64,000 nucleotides of DNA from Octopus sinensis. Lineage: Eukaryota. A model generated the notes under the pieces. It searched no databases. It saw only the letters and a program-made list of their open reading frames with translations, and was not told where the DNA came from. How positions within the stretch are numbered: position 1 is the stretch's first letter; each line of letters begins with the position of its first letter. The translations under genes and the position numbers were made by a program. The stretch covers positions 64,418,001 through 64,482,000 of the forward strand of contig NC_042999.1 of assembly GCF_006345805.1 (NCBI RefSeq), in the 5' to 3' direction. This document shows, piece by piece, positions 36,714 to 49,744 of this stretch.

Positions 36714-37987
36714 CGAGGGGCGTTCAATAAGTAATGCCCCTGACCCACTTCCCATAGCAGTAGAGCAACGAAACTTGGCACAGTTATTAGTCTTTTTCTA
36801 CATAGGAACCACCCAGAGTTACGCATTTCTCCCATCGTTTGATGCAGCTCTGAAGGCCATTTTTGTAGAAGACCCCAGCTTGGTCCTCCAACCACGACGT
36901 GACTTCAGAAATCAAGGCTGCTTCATCTGGGAAACGCTTTCCTTTCAAAAACAACTTCATGGTTGGGAAGAGGTGAAAATCAGAGGGTGCAGGTCAGGAG
37001 ATGGGGGATGAGTTCATAGCCGCACGCCTGTGCTTCTGATCTGGCGACAAGCGAGTTGTGGATCGGAGCGTTGTCCTGCAGGAGGAGGATGCCTTTGCTG
37101 ATCTTGCCCCACCTCTTGATTTTGATAGCTTCTCTTAATTTCCTCAAAAGTGAAGCATAATAGACTCCTGTAATTGTGGCACCCTTTGCCAAGAAATCTG
37201 TCATCACTACTCCGTCCTGGTCCCAGAAGACTGTGAGCATGACCTTGCCAGCGGAGGGCTGCACCCTTGCCTTCTTTGGAGGAGGTGAGTCACGGTGCTT
37301 CCACTGCATTGACTGGGCTTTGGTCTCTGGATCATAGTGATGGACCCAGATTTCATCCTGTGTAATCAGTCTTTTGAAAAATTTTGACTCATCTTCTTGG
37401 CACATCTTCAAATTCATCCTCGCGCAATCGACGCGTTCTTGCTTCTGGAAAGGTGTGAGCAGCCTGGGAATCCATCTGGCAGACACCTTTTGCATATGCA
37501 AATGGTCATGAATGATAGTTTCCACAGACCCGGTACTAATCTTGACATCATGGGCTATTTGGCGAATAGTTATGCGTCGACCTTCCAAAATGGCAGCCTC
37601 AACTTGACGGACAGATGCCTCATCAATGGCAGAAGGGGGCGACCAGATCTGGGAGCTGTTTCCACAAAGTTCCGACCATGTTTGAATTCACGATGCCAGC
37701 GTTTTACAAGGTCATATGATGGGGCATCATCACCATAAGTTACTTTTATTTCATCAAAAGTCTCCCGTGGTGTGCGTCCTTTCAAATACAAAAACCGCAT
37801 CACTGCTCGACACTCAACAGGCTCCGTTTCACACTTGACTCAGTTCAAACACCTGTAAATCAGAAACCACAATTAGTTCAGAGCTGTAATTTGCCACTTA
37901 ATCTATAGAGATATAGGCAATTGCACATGCAAAACATGCAAAACAACTGGAAGTGGGTCAGAGGCATTACTTATTGAACGCCCCTCG
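36714..37987 (-). mobile_element. Full-length mariner element (1274 bp)
   Basis: TIRs CGAGGGGCGTTCAATAAGTAATGCC(C/T)CTGACCCACTTCC at both ends, TA TSD. Confidence 0.97.
36787..37827 (-). pseudogene. Mariner transposase pseudogene
   Basis: HTH (RWHREFKHGR..PRSGRP), SARWIPRLL, QDEIWV, QDNAPIH, SPDLAPSDFHLF; start codon mutated to ACG; frameshifts near 37590 and 36995. Confidence 0.95.
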
Positions 37988-38288
37988 TATGTACTAGGCA
38001 TAAAAATAAGTAATGGAATCGATTTATTTGACTGAAGCCTTCAAAGCTATGCCTCAATATGGCCGCAGTCCATTGACTGGTACTTTTTGGTTATCTCCGT
38101 CGACAAAAAAGATTGCTTAACCCTCAATAAAACAAAAACAAAAACAAAAAATGAAAAAATTAATAAACATAAAAAAGTGAAAAGATGAAACATCGTTTTG
38201 AATCTGATAATCTTTTTTATAACAAATCATACAAAACTGAAAAAATTAATAAACATGAAAACTGAAAAAATGTAACATCTTACTGAAT

Positions 38289-38717
38289 CTCTTTACTCTT
38301 TTTACTCTTTTACTTGTTTCAGTCATTTGACTGTGGTCATGCTGGAGCACCGCCTTTAGTCGAATTAAATTGACACCAGGACTTATTCTTTGTAAGCCTA
38401 GTACTTATTCTATCGGTTCTCTTTTACCGAACCGCTAAGTTACGGGGACGTAAACACACCAGCATCGGTTGCGAAGCGATTTGGGGGGGGGACAAACAGA
38501 CACACAAACATATACACACACATAATATATAATATATATACATATATATATATATACATATATACGACGGGCTTCTTTCCAGTTTCCGTCTACCAAGGGT
38601 TTGGTTGGCCCGAGGCTATAGTAGAAGACACTTGCCCAAGGTGCCACGCAGTGGGACTGAACCCGGAAGCATGTGGTTGTTAAGTAAGCTACTTATCACA
38701 CAGCCACTCCTGCGCCT
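38289..38717 (-). mobile_element. SINE family A, full length
   Basis: Both halves present. Confidence 0.92.
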
Positions 38718-39204
38718 ATCTGATAATATTATTATAACATATCATACCATGCCTATCGACTGCATGTATATGGGGCGTTATGTTAGGGATCAGTCTTTGG
38801 TCGTTGTTGTTAGATGATTCTCTTTTGGATGTCGTCTCGAATATCTGTGTAGCAGTAGTACAAGGACATCCTAGACGACATCCAAGGACAGGAGCAGTAC
38901 TTCACTAAGAGCCTTATTCAGCTGTGCAGAGAGTCAGCAGCTGATCAAGGCTAAAGTATTTCGTGGCTCTGAAGAAGAATGAGGATCATTGCATTTTAAT
39001 ACTGAAGAAGAATGCTAATCATTGCAGAGCAGATATGAATGTGAAATTTCTTGGATAACAACAACAACAACAACAAGATTAACAATAATTGTTTGTAATA
39101 TAGATATAATTAGTGTTGAATGAACTGTTGTTGGTTTCTGTAACAGGTGTCTTTTTTACGTGCATAGGGTGTTAACCTATAGCACAACCCCCGAATCTGG
39201 AGGG

Positions 39205-39415
39205 CCGATGTGTAGGACAGGCACTTGACTGGAATCCGCTGGGGAAAAGGAAGCGAGGGACTCCCGAAGCAGACATGGAAGCATTTTGGACGAGCTCAGG
39301 ACCACCGGCCTGACATGGAAGCAGCCAAGAAACACGCCAATGACCGCAAAACGTGGAAAACAACTGTTGAGGCCCTATGCCCCACAAGGGGCAAAAAAGG
39401 ATTAAGAAGAATATA
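39205..39415 (+). mobile_element. RTE-clade LINE extreme 3' fragment
   Basis: RQALDWNPLGKRKRG.PKQTW...DRKTWKTTVEALCPTRG. Confidence 0.75.
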
Positions 39416-39651
39416 GATATAATACCAGAAATTTTTCCAATACAATCATTAAAATTTGTGAAAATGTTATCGATTGTGGAAACACGAATGAAGACTTTAA
39501 ACGGAGTTGAACCAGTAACCTATGACTTGTGGGACATAACTTGCCATTTTATCTGCATTAGCACCGGCAGAGGAATGGAAATGTTTCTGGTCAGTAATTA
39601 TAGGAATAATGTCAGACTGACACGGTAGATAAGTGTGTGTGTGTGTGTGTG

Positions 39652-39719
<68 letters not shown>

Positions 39720-39735
39720 TGAGTGTGCGAGTGAG

Positions 39736-39805
<70 letters not shown>

Positions 39806-39895
39806 AAGAAAGAGGAAGCGGATGAAAACGATAATGAAAAGAGGTGAATTAAAGTACTGAAATTTTTAACCAGGATAATTGCGACATTTGTATAA

Positions 39896-39926
<31 letters not shown>

Positions 39927-40232
39927 TGTATGTACGTAGTATGTATGTATTATGTATGTATGTATGTATGTGTGTATGTATGTATTTATGTATGTATGTA
40001 TGTATGTATGTATGTATGTATGTAGGTATGCATGTATGTATGAATGCACTTACCCATGTGCACGGACAACAGACATGCACACATACATATATACGTATAT
40101 TATACCCGTATAAAAGTGTGAGCATGTATAATATATATATATATATACATACATATACACGCACACACATATATATACATATGAATATATATATACAATA
40201 TCAATATTTCTAGTCATAGAAACAGAGGGATA

Positions 40233-40339
<107 letters not shown>

Positions 40340-41194
40340 ATGCATGTATATATATATATATATATATCGACCTGTCAATATGTTTGCTTATGCTTGTGTG
40401 TGTACGTGCCTGAATGTGTCTTTCTTCCTACCTATCCTACTTGCGTACAGACATACATATACATATATAGTCAAACACTTTATCACACACGCTTATGGTT
40501 TTATATCAATATACACGCACACACATATATACATACATACGTGCGTACATACATACATACATACATACATACATACATACATACATACATGCATACATAC
40601 ATACATAAGTACACTGTTTGCCTGCAGCTGGTTGGTGGACGCGCTGTCTACCATAACGCCGTAATTGTGACAGTTACGCTTAAATTTATGTGAACACACG
40701 TCTGTGATAGTGCGCTTCGCATTGAAGCGAAGATGGATAGTCGAGAGCTTTTACTTTTTTTTTTACCCTTTCGGTTGTTCTTTGTTTTATTTTTGATTTT
40801 TGTGGGTTTTTTTCTCCCTTTTATATCTTGTATTTTTACAGTCATTGTCGAAGAACATAGCGGCACACATGACACGTGCCAACGACAAGCCACCTAAGAC
40901 CACGTTTAACACGTGTAGATATCTGATTAAATTTCGCTTCTTGGATGTCTATCACCAACCACTTGTAAACAGTTTAGCCTTTCTACAACTCTACACGTGT
41001 ATCAGATAAATCGCTTCGTCCTTGTCCTTTACTTGAATTTTATAATTCAGTCCATCCATCCATCCATCCATCCATCCATCCGTCCGTCCGTCCGTCCGTC
41101 CGTCCGTCCGTCCGTCATCCAGTCTATCTTATAGACTGTTTATCTATCTATATCACCCCTGTGTTTAGCCCTCCGTGGCCAATAAAGAAATCTC

Positions 41195-41291
<97 letters not shown>

Positions 41292-42048
41292 TTCGAAACA
41301 CTGGAAGGGCCACGACGAGGCCTCGCGACTTGCTAGAGACTGTTGCCATATCTCCTCACAAATCCGACCACTAACCTCTGTATAGATTGGACACTGTAGT
41401 TATAAGCATACAAAAAGATGGAATTGTCACGGCCACAATAACCTTTGATCATCGGTCAGCACGATATGGACTTATAACTAGGGCTTTAAAAACCATAAGC
41501 TTATATAAATAGAATGTTCCTTGTTCAAGGATAGAACACTTTGCTCTGTGCAGGTGTCGAAAACACGGTCTTAGGATCCTGAGCTCAATACCCTAACCGC
41601 TAAGCCACGCGCTTTTACACACACATACACACACACACACACACACACCACACACACACACGTACACACACACGCACGCACATACACACACACTCGCACG
41701 CACACACACACACGTACACACACACGCACGCACACATACACACGCACACACGCACACGCACACACACACATATACACACACACGACCATCGTCGGTGGTT
41801 TTTGCTGATCGAGAATTACAATTTCTTTTTGATTGAATGACTCCTCCATGTTGATGGCGTTGATGATATCGAGAAGACCAATCCTCGCACGAAGCAAGCG
41901 GGAGCAAAGATACCACCAGGCGGGCCGCACTACCAAAATAATTGAAGGTAATTTTTCGTTTAGGAGTACTTTTTAAAAATTCCTACGTAGACGCTTCTCT
42001 CATTCGCTTTGTATATTTGTATTTAAAGAGTGAAGAAATGCTCAAGAC

Positions 42049-42151
42049 CTTGCTATGAAATGAAGCCCTGGAAATAGCCCCAAGTTCTTCGTAGGACAGC
42101 GCGAGTATCGACCAGTCGTCATAGTTTTCTACTCTGCAACGTAACCCATAT
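42049..42151 (-). CDS. Candidate exon with a TPR-like helix pair, unverified
   Basis: gtgtag|A TAT GGG ... only one frame open: YGLRCRVENYDDWSILALSYEELGAISRASFHSK fits TPR W4-L7-A8-Y11-G15-A20; weak donor GTCTTG. Confidence 0.25.
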
Positions 42152-42728
42152 CTACACATTAGAGCAATCAAATAGAAAATTCGTCTTAATTGACATATGG
42201 CGAGCCAGTTAACATACTGGGAATAATTAGTTAGAGTACAACAATTTAGGAATTACCAACACAGCATGAAAATTAAAACAGTAATTAGTTAAGCTAAACT
42301 GCATTTTCCCGGCGTCACTGTGGTAGGTTAGAACTTGGACGAAAATTCATAAAATTTCAAAACCCTTGTCGTTGTTTAACCCCAGGACACTCCTGTTCAA
42401 GCGGGCTTATGATTAAAAGCATTCCACCCGTGATATTATTCAATCTGCCTTCCTTTTTTTCAGGCTGTAGCCAGCGGTTTGTTCGAGCGGACTTATGATG
42501 AAAAGCATTGTAATCGTAACCAATACATCTTTTATTCCGACGTAATAAATATCCAGGGTTACATAGTTCATAAGCCTTTCCTTTAATTTTCGTTTTAAAC
42601 AGTCGAGTGTGAATTGCTGCTAATGTTTAACTCCATGCACACCAGTAAAGAAAAGCAGTTTAATCGTGATCATCCCGACTTTTATTCCGACATAATGTAT
42701 CAACGATTCGACGCAATGTATCTAGGAT

Positions 42729-42888
42729 CAGGGCCGACTCTAGGGTTGCTGGCGCCCCGGACAAGCTGAACTTCAGCGTATAGAAGGTCGTGGAAATTTC
42801 CTTGTCTTTGTCACGCCTTCTTTGGCAACCCCTGGCACATGGCGCCCCGGGCGACTGCCCGAGTTGTTGGTACCTTGAACCGGCTCTG
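42729..42888. mobile_element. hAT-family MITE (160 bp) with perfect 8-bp TSD
   Basis: TCTAGGAT|CAGGGCCGACTCTAGGGT ... ACCTTGAACCGGCTCTG|TCTAGGAT; internal GGCGCCCCGG twice. Confidence 0.88.
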
Positions 42889-43019
42889 TCTAGGATTACA
42901 TTATTCACTCCTATTTCTTAAGTTTGTTGTGTGTGAATGGAAGGATGTTTACCTGCTATTCCTAGCACGTCGAGTCGCCGTGTCAACACGCTCTCATTTG
43001 TTTGATTGTTGCTACAGCT

Positions 43020-43325
43020 AATTTATGGTATATTTTTCGTTCATATCTCAGTAACAATATACCCCTCTGCGAAAAGGTCTCAGAATTTTAATTGATTTGC
43101 TTTTCGCAGGAAGGAAAGTTTCTTGTCGAAGATACGTCACGCTTTTATCCTTCGAAACGTAGAGTAGATGAAACCTTAGCGACTGAAGAAGGGGTTTTTT
43201 CGTTGTGTTAATTGTCCTGTACTCCATTTTTTGTTGTTTTTAAAAAAATGTCCAGTTCCTTTGGTTTGTGTCTATGTTTTCGTTTCTCTTTGTGTTCGAC
43301 GTCCCTTTGGTGTCCTGTACTCATA
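43020..43325 (+). mobile_element. (TA)n-terminated interspersed repeat with a hammerhead-like remnant
   Basis: TTGTCGAAGA...TTCGAAACGTAGAG, then CTGAAGAAGGGG and a pyrimidine-rich tail like 54250-54372. Confidence 0.4.
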
Positions 43326-43401
43326 TATGCGTGTATATGTACATGTAGAAGTAGGTACGTACATATATGTTTATATATATGCATATGTTTTATTTCATTT
43401 A

Positions 43402-43472
<71 letters not shown>

Positions 43473-43711
43473 GTATATACTCGTATGTATGTATGTGTAT
43501 CTGAGTGTGTGTGTGCATGTGCATATTTTAAACATAAATATACCTCGATTGAGTGGATTTTCCGAATTCTAGAAGGACCAGACACCATAAAAGTTGATAG
43601 AATTTTAGTCTAGAAACGTTCTTCTTAATATCCAGAAAAGAAATAACACGAAAAAAAAAAATGAAATAATAGAATTAAAACAAAGAACTGGATTTTTCTG
43701 TCAACTGTAAA

Positions 43712-43776
<65 letters not shown>

Positions 43777-43834
43777 ATATACTAAGTCACTTCTTTAGCT
43801 AACAACTCACCTAGTACACGATACTCTCTAATTT

Positions 43835-44494
43835 AGTTTACAAGGCTAGCAATTTTGAGGGCTGCAGTACTTGAGTAGTATTTTATTTAATCGCCCCCAC
43901 CCAAAAGGATGGAAGTCAAAGTCGGCCATGACGGGATGTGAATTCAGAATATAAAAAATGTCGGAGCGAACAATGCGAATCATTTCTTCCGAAGCGCTAA
44001 CGATTCTGCCTGTTTGCCGCTTTATTTTGGCTTGTACACAATGTCTACGCAGTTTATATAATAGCATTGCACGCATTCTTTTAATCATTCATTTGTTTCA
44101 GTCAATTGACAGTCGCCATCCTAGGACACCGCCTTGACGATTTTTGTCGGTCAAATCGACCTTACTACTTATTTTAAAGTCTGCTTCTTATTTTATCGGT
44201 GACTTTTTGCTGAACCTGTAAGTTAAGAGGCGTAAACCGAAAAAGAAAATGCCGGTAAGCATTTCGTCTGTTGCACTAATAATCCTTTCTACTACAGGCA
44301 CAAGGCCTGAAGTTTTTGGGAGGGTAATAAGTGATTACATCGACATCAGTACTAAGCACTTATTTCATCAAACCCGAAAGGATGAAAGGCAAAAATCAAC
44401 CTCGACGGAATTTGCACTCAGAACATAAATTCGAACTAAATGCCGCTGAACAATTTGCTTGGCCTGCTTACGGTTCTGCCAGCTCGCCGCCTTA
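43835..44494 (-). mobile_element. Cluster of old SINEs: B (~43835-44005), A 3' half (~44070-44240), B (~44283-44494)
   Basis: Degenerate matches to the consensus families. Confidence 0.65.
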
Positions 44495-45155
44495 ATAGCA
44501 AAGCTTGTATTAATTTTCCTATTTTAGGCACAAGGCCTATTATAAAGCCTGTAACAATGGAATTAACGCACGCTTTTGATCTTGCTTACAAATCAAAAGG
44601 AAAGCTCTGTCATGACAAGTTACGTGTATTACAGGCTTCTGATTTCTCAGAATTACGGCTGGTTTAATTTTATTGAGCACGGCACTTTGCTTACCACATT
44701 TTTAATCCTCACCTTCTTATATAAGAAAAAACGCTAGTAAATGCATATAACAGTGAAAGTCATTGGCAGCATAAAGAAATGGAATATTTTTCTTTTGCTC
44801 TTTTGACTGGGAGGGAAGGGACATCTGTATCATCTTAATGAATGGGCACTCTGGGAAGTTTCCCCTGGGTCCCCATAGGTCTGGGGGGCCCAATTTTGAT
44901 CTATGTATGCTGTGGATTGCTGTGAATAAATAAATACTATGAGGCCCTGTGCACTAATTTGCATTGTGGACTATAATGCTGTTAAGAGGATCATGCAGGA
45001 CATATCCATTACCATTTGTGTTTTTCAGGGCTTCTGAGGCTGATGGGGAGAAGGACGGAAATCATCTTCAAATAATAGCAACAGAGTGAACCCCGCAAAA
45101 GTTCATCAAGGATCAGATGGTAGTATTAAACGAGGAGACGGATTATCTCTACCAT

Positions 45156-45195
<40 letters not shown>

Positions 45196-45569
45196 CATAT
45201 ATATATATACATGTGGGTGTGTGACTGAGTTAGTACTTGTTAGTACTACATCCGTAACTTAGCGGTTTAAGAAAGACACCAATAAAATAAGCACCAGAAT
45301 TTTAAAAAAAAATGTACTGGGGGTCAATTTTATTCGAGTAACCCCTTCAAGGCGTACTCCAGCATGGCCATTGTCCAACGATCAAAGCAAGTAAAGGTTA
45401 AAAGATAAAAGAATTGTATTGTCCTTCGTTTTCATTTACTGTTTAGAATGAGGAGATAAACTGATGCCATGTTGTTAGTATTTCTATCATGGGAAAAAAC
45501 CAAAACTTGATGATGTTAAATCACCATTGTTTCAGAACTGTTCTCCATTTCGAGCCAATGTGAGTGATC

Positions 45570-46020
45570 CATGAGGTCGTTCGATCTCTTAGAAGAAGGA
45601 ATCATTTCTCCCTCAGACCTTACTCTATCGTTTAAAAAAATAAGTCATTCTGTTATATTAGTTTTAGATATACAATGGATGAATGAAAAAAAAACTCCAA
45701 AAAACGAGCAATTCTCGGCATCTATGAAATCGTTCGAACTCTCAGAAGGAACAACCATTTCTTTCTTAGACCTTACAATACTGTTTTAAAAAAAGCAAGT
45801 CATTCTGTTGTATTAATCCTAGACGCACAATGGCTGAATGAAATAAAACCCCAAACCAGCTGTTCCTGGCATCTATGAGGTCGTTCAATCACCTAGAAAG
45901 AGCAACCATTCCTCCCTCAGACCATTCTGCACTGTTAAAAAGAAAAAAAAATTCATTGTGTTATATTAGTTCTAGACACACAGTAGCTAAATGAAAAAAT
46001 GAAACGAGCTGTTCCCTATT
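45570..46020 (+). repeat. Three diverged ~150-bp tandem units
   Basis: ATGA(G/A)(G/A)TCGTTC(G/A)A...(T/C)TCAGACC...AAAAAA...TCATT(C/G)TGTT(A/G)TATTA...CAATGG recurs at ~45571, 45723 and 45873. Confidence 0.75.
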
Positions 46021-46116
46021 TGAATATCTTTGTTCATTGATTTACTCAATCAGGGCTGACCTAGGGTTAAATTATCATATCATCATTCTTAGTACTGTCA
46101 GCATATCAGACAATAT

Positions 46117-46225
46117 CGGACATGGGCAACCATTTTCGGGAAGCGGGCCGCATGAGACATGGCTCATTATCAGGCGGGCCGCACTGCTAAGAAAATTGAA
46201 GCGGACCGCTGGTTGCCCGAGACTG
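46117..46225. mobile_element. Small hAT (Charlie-like) MITE
   Basis: CGGACATGGGCAACC / GGTTGCCCGAGACTG ends; GCGGGCCGCA twice; related piece at ~41915-41945; no TSD. Confidence 0.5.
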
Positions 46226-47138
46226 CTATATTATCTAGTGATAACATCTGTGAATTACTCTCTAACAGTTGAGGCTCGTGAAGTAAAGAAAAAAGTACAA
46301 AGCAAAACAATAACAAAAAGAGAAAAGAGATAAGCGGATTAGAAAAGTAAAAAGCAATAGAGCACACGTTACAAATGAGAGTGGGGTGGTGTCCATTGAT
46401 TTGAAAAACCTCAATGAATCAAGTGAGTGAGTGAGAGAGGGATAATAGGCTGGGTCAGTTAAGAAGTATCGGAAGAAGGGGAGATTAAAGGTTTACTCCT
46501 ATTTTTCGTCAGAAAACCAGTAGATGAAGGTACTGAAGTAGTTAGTTACTCAGCACAATAGGAGGAACGCTACCGAATTATTTTAATTTTTCCTTTTTTT
46601 TTTTTATTTCTTTAACTATACTGCCACCTGGCCCCTGGGACTTCGCCGGTTTCAAGTAAATGAGAGCCATCTTCCTTTTATAGAACAAACATAAATCTAT
46701 CGGAGATTACTTTTCCCTTAGCAGAAGCTGCCTTTTTATAAACGTCCGAAATTTAACGAGACACTCGTTCGTTTTTCAATGCTGACGCTGCTCACCTACA
46801 TATGGTTAACAAGGTAATGATTAAATACGATCCAACCACAAACAATTGATTTTATTTTCAGACCTTTTCTTTTTAAGAAAGTTAGGATCTTGTAAAATTT
46901 CTACCAACCACTTTTAAATTTTCACCTGATTATTTTCTAAAGTATAGATGTGATGTAGTTGTGCGTGGTGATGACGAAAATTGCATTCATTTTTTTTTCT
47001 CGAAATTAATAATAAAAGATTTACAAGCATTTAAAGTTATGTAATTTTAGCCAATCAGAAGTCTTCAGTCTGATGAAAAAATTTTCATCTGATGAAAATT
47101 TGAAATACTCAAGTAGTTGGAAAAAATTTAACAGGATA

Positions 47139-47299
47139 AGCGCAGGAGTGGCTGTATGGTAAGGAGCTTGCTTACCAGCCACATAGTTCCGGATTCAGTT
47201 CCCCCGCGTGGCACCTTGGGCAAGTGTCTTCTACTATAGCCTCGGGCAGACCAAAGCCTTGTGAGTGGATTTGGTAGACGGAAACCGTCGTATATATAT

Positions 47300-47344
<45 letters not shown>

Positions 47345-47545
47345 GTGTCAGTGTTTGTCCCTTACCATCGCTTGACAATCGATGTTGGTCTGTTTACGTC
47401 CCTGTAACGTAGCGGTTCGGCATAAGAGACCAATAGAATAAGTACTAGGCTTACAAAGAATAAATCCTGGGGTCGATTTCTTCGACTAAAGGCGGTGCTC
47501 CAGCATGGCTGCAGTCCAATGAATGAAACAGATAAAAGAATAAGA
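47139..47545 (+). mobile_element. SINE family A, full length
   Basis: Both halves present. Confidence 0.9.
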
Positions 47546-47907
47546 CCCCAAAGTTATTCTGACAACAGACAGACTAGCATAGCCACTTGTGATAACAAAA
47601 ACACTACTAGGCTTTCAATTATTTGTCTAATATCCTACCAGCGAACTCGCTCGCTCTACAGCGCTGGGGTGACATTTACAGAATTTGCTTTTTGGAAAAG
47701 GTTGTATGAACACGACTAATGATAACTAATCATCGAATTTTATTAATTCTCTCATATATATATGAAACTTCTTTAACTTCAATCCTTACTTATTTCGAAA
47801 ATATGCAAACTTAAACCGTAAAAATATATAATCATAAATCTATCTCGCCACTTCCTAAGGTGGGTGGCCTTGTGCCAACATTTGACGCTGTCATCATTAC
47901 TCATTAT

Positions 47908-48152
47908 GGAGGCGCGTGGCTTAGTGGTTAGGGTGTCAGCATCTTAATCGTAAGATTGTGGTTTCGATTCCTGGACCGGGCGACGCGTTGTGTTTTTGAA
48001 CAAACACTTCATTTCACATTGCTCCAGCCGTTCAGCTGGCAAAAATGAGTAACGCTGTGATGGACTGGCGTCCCGTCCAGCTAGGGAACACATACGCCAT
48101 AGAAACCGGGAAACTGGGCCCATGAGCCTGGTTAAGCTTTAAAAGGGCGCAT
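47908..48152 (+). mobile_element. SINE family D (tRNA head, CORE-like block, 3' block shared with family C)
   Basis: TGGCTTAGTGGTTAG / GGTTTCGATTCC boxes; GATGGACTGGCGTCCCGTCCAG...GAAACCGGGAAAC. Confidence 0.85.
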
Positions 48153-48336
48153 TTACTTTTATTTTATTATTACTCATTGCAAATTATTATATTATTAACA
48201 GGTTTGTAAGGGTGGCACCGATGGTGTTACCCTGAACAGTAATTAATTTCGTTGATTACTGAGTAGTAATCCTACCAGCCATGTTCAATAATACATTTTC
48301 TCCCACTGGTGATCTACTGAAGATATTTACTATATT

Positions 48337-48718
48337 CAAGGTGGTGAGCGGGCAAAATTGTTAGTACGCTGGTCAAACTGCTTAGCAGCATTTCGTTCGT
48401 CTTCACGTTCTGAGTTCAAATTATACCGAGGTCGATTTTGTTTTTCATCCTTTCGGGGGTGAATGAAATAAAAACCAGTTGAGCACTGGGATCAATGCAA
48501 TCGCCTTACCCGCTCCCCAAAATATTGCTGGCCTTGTGGCAAAATTTGAAATCAATATTTACTATATTGAAGGCAGCGAGCTGGCAGAGTCGTTACTACG
48601 TCAGATAAGATGCTTAGCAGCATTTCGTCCATCTTTACGTTCTGCGTTCAAATTCTCTCGAGGTCGATTTTGCCTTTCATCTTCTTTGGGGTCGATAAAA
48701 TAAGTACTAGTTGAGCAC
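48337..48718 (+). mobile_element. Two SINE family B copies
   Basis: Heads at ~48337 and ~48568. Confidence 0.8.
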
Positions 48719-48720
48719 CA

Positions 48721-49020
48721 GAGAAGGTGTGTGGATTAGTGGTTTGGGTATTCACGATCATAAGGCCGTGAGATCAGTTTCCGGTGACGCGTTGTGTCCT
48801 TAAGCAAGACACTTTATTTCGTGTTGCACCAGTCCACTCAGCTGGAAAAAATGAGTTGTACCTGTATTTCAAAGGCTCAACCTTGTTACTTTCTGCGTCA
48901 CGCTGAATTTCCCTGAGAACTACGTTAAGGGCACATGTGTCTGTGGAGTGCTCAGCCGCTTGCACGTTAACTTCACAAGAAGGCTCTTCCGTTGATCGGA
49001 TCAACTGGAACCCGCGTCTT
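48721..49020 (+). mobile_element. SINE family E
   Basis: Homologous to 30113-30420. Confidence 0.8.
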
Positions 49021-49179
49021 TAAGTAAAAGAGTAATGCTGAATGTCTTGCGTATTCGTATCGCACATTTGCATTGTTTTGCGTAAGGACATTCATTTTCA
49101 TTCTCTCTTGCAAGGATTTTGGTCTGGTCACCGTACCGAGTGTACCCATTTCCTCATTTCTTTTCAGCTTGTATTCTTC

Positions 49180-49563
49180 GTCTTTTACTTGTTTCAGTGA
49201 GTTGAATGCGCCCATGATGGGGCACTACCTTCAGGAATTTTAGTCGAATGAATCGATCTCCATTCCGTTTTCGTTTAAGCTGGGTACTTATTCTATCGGT
49301 TTCTTTTGCCGAAACACCAAGTTACGAAGACGTAAACACATCAACATCGCTTGTGGAGCGATGGTGGAAGATAAACATTGACACAAACACACGCATATAT
49401 ACATACAACGTGCTTCTTTCAGTTTCCATCTACCAAACCAGTCACAAGGTTTTGGTCACCTACAGGCTATAGTAGAAGACACTTATCCAGTGTGTCACGC
49501 AGTGGGGCTGAACCTAGATCCATATAGTTGGGAAGCAAACTTCTTACCACACAACCACGCCTG
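49180..49563 (-). mobile_element. SINE family A, old copy
   Basis: Diverged halves. Confidence 0.65.
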
Positions 49564-49744
49564 CGTGTGTACGGAAAAATATAGGCGTGGCTGAGTGGTT
49601 AGGGATTTCACTTCGCAACCACTTGACTTCGGGTTGAGTTTCACTGCACTGCGCGGTAACTTATACTATATCCCCAGACCGACCAATGTTTTGTGAGTGA
49701 ATTTGGTAGTTGAATAGGAACGGATTGTGCGTGGAATCCCGTCA

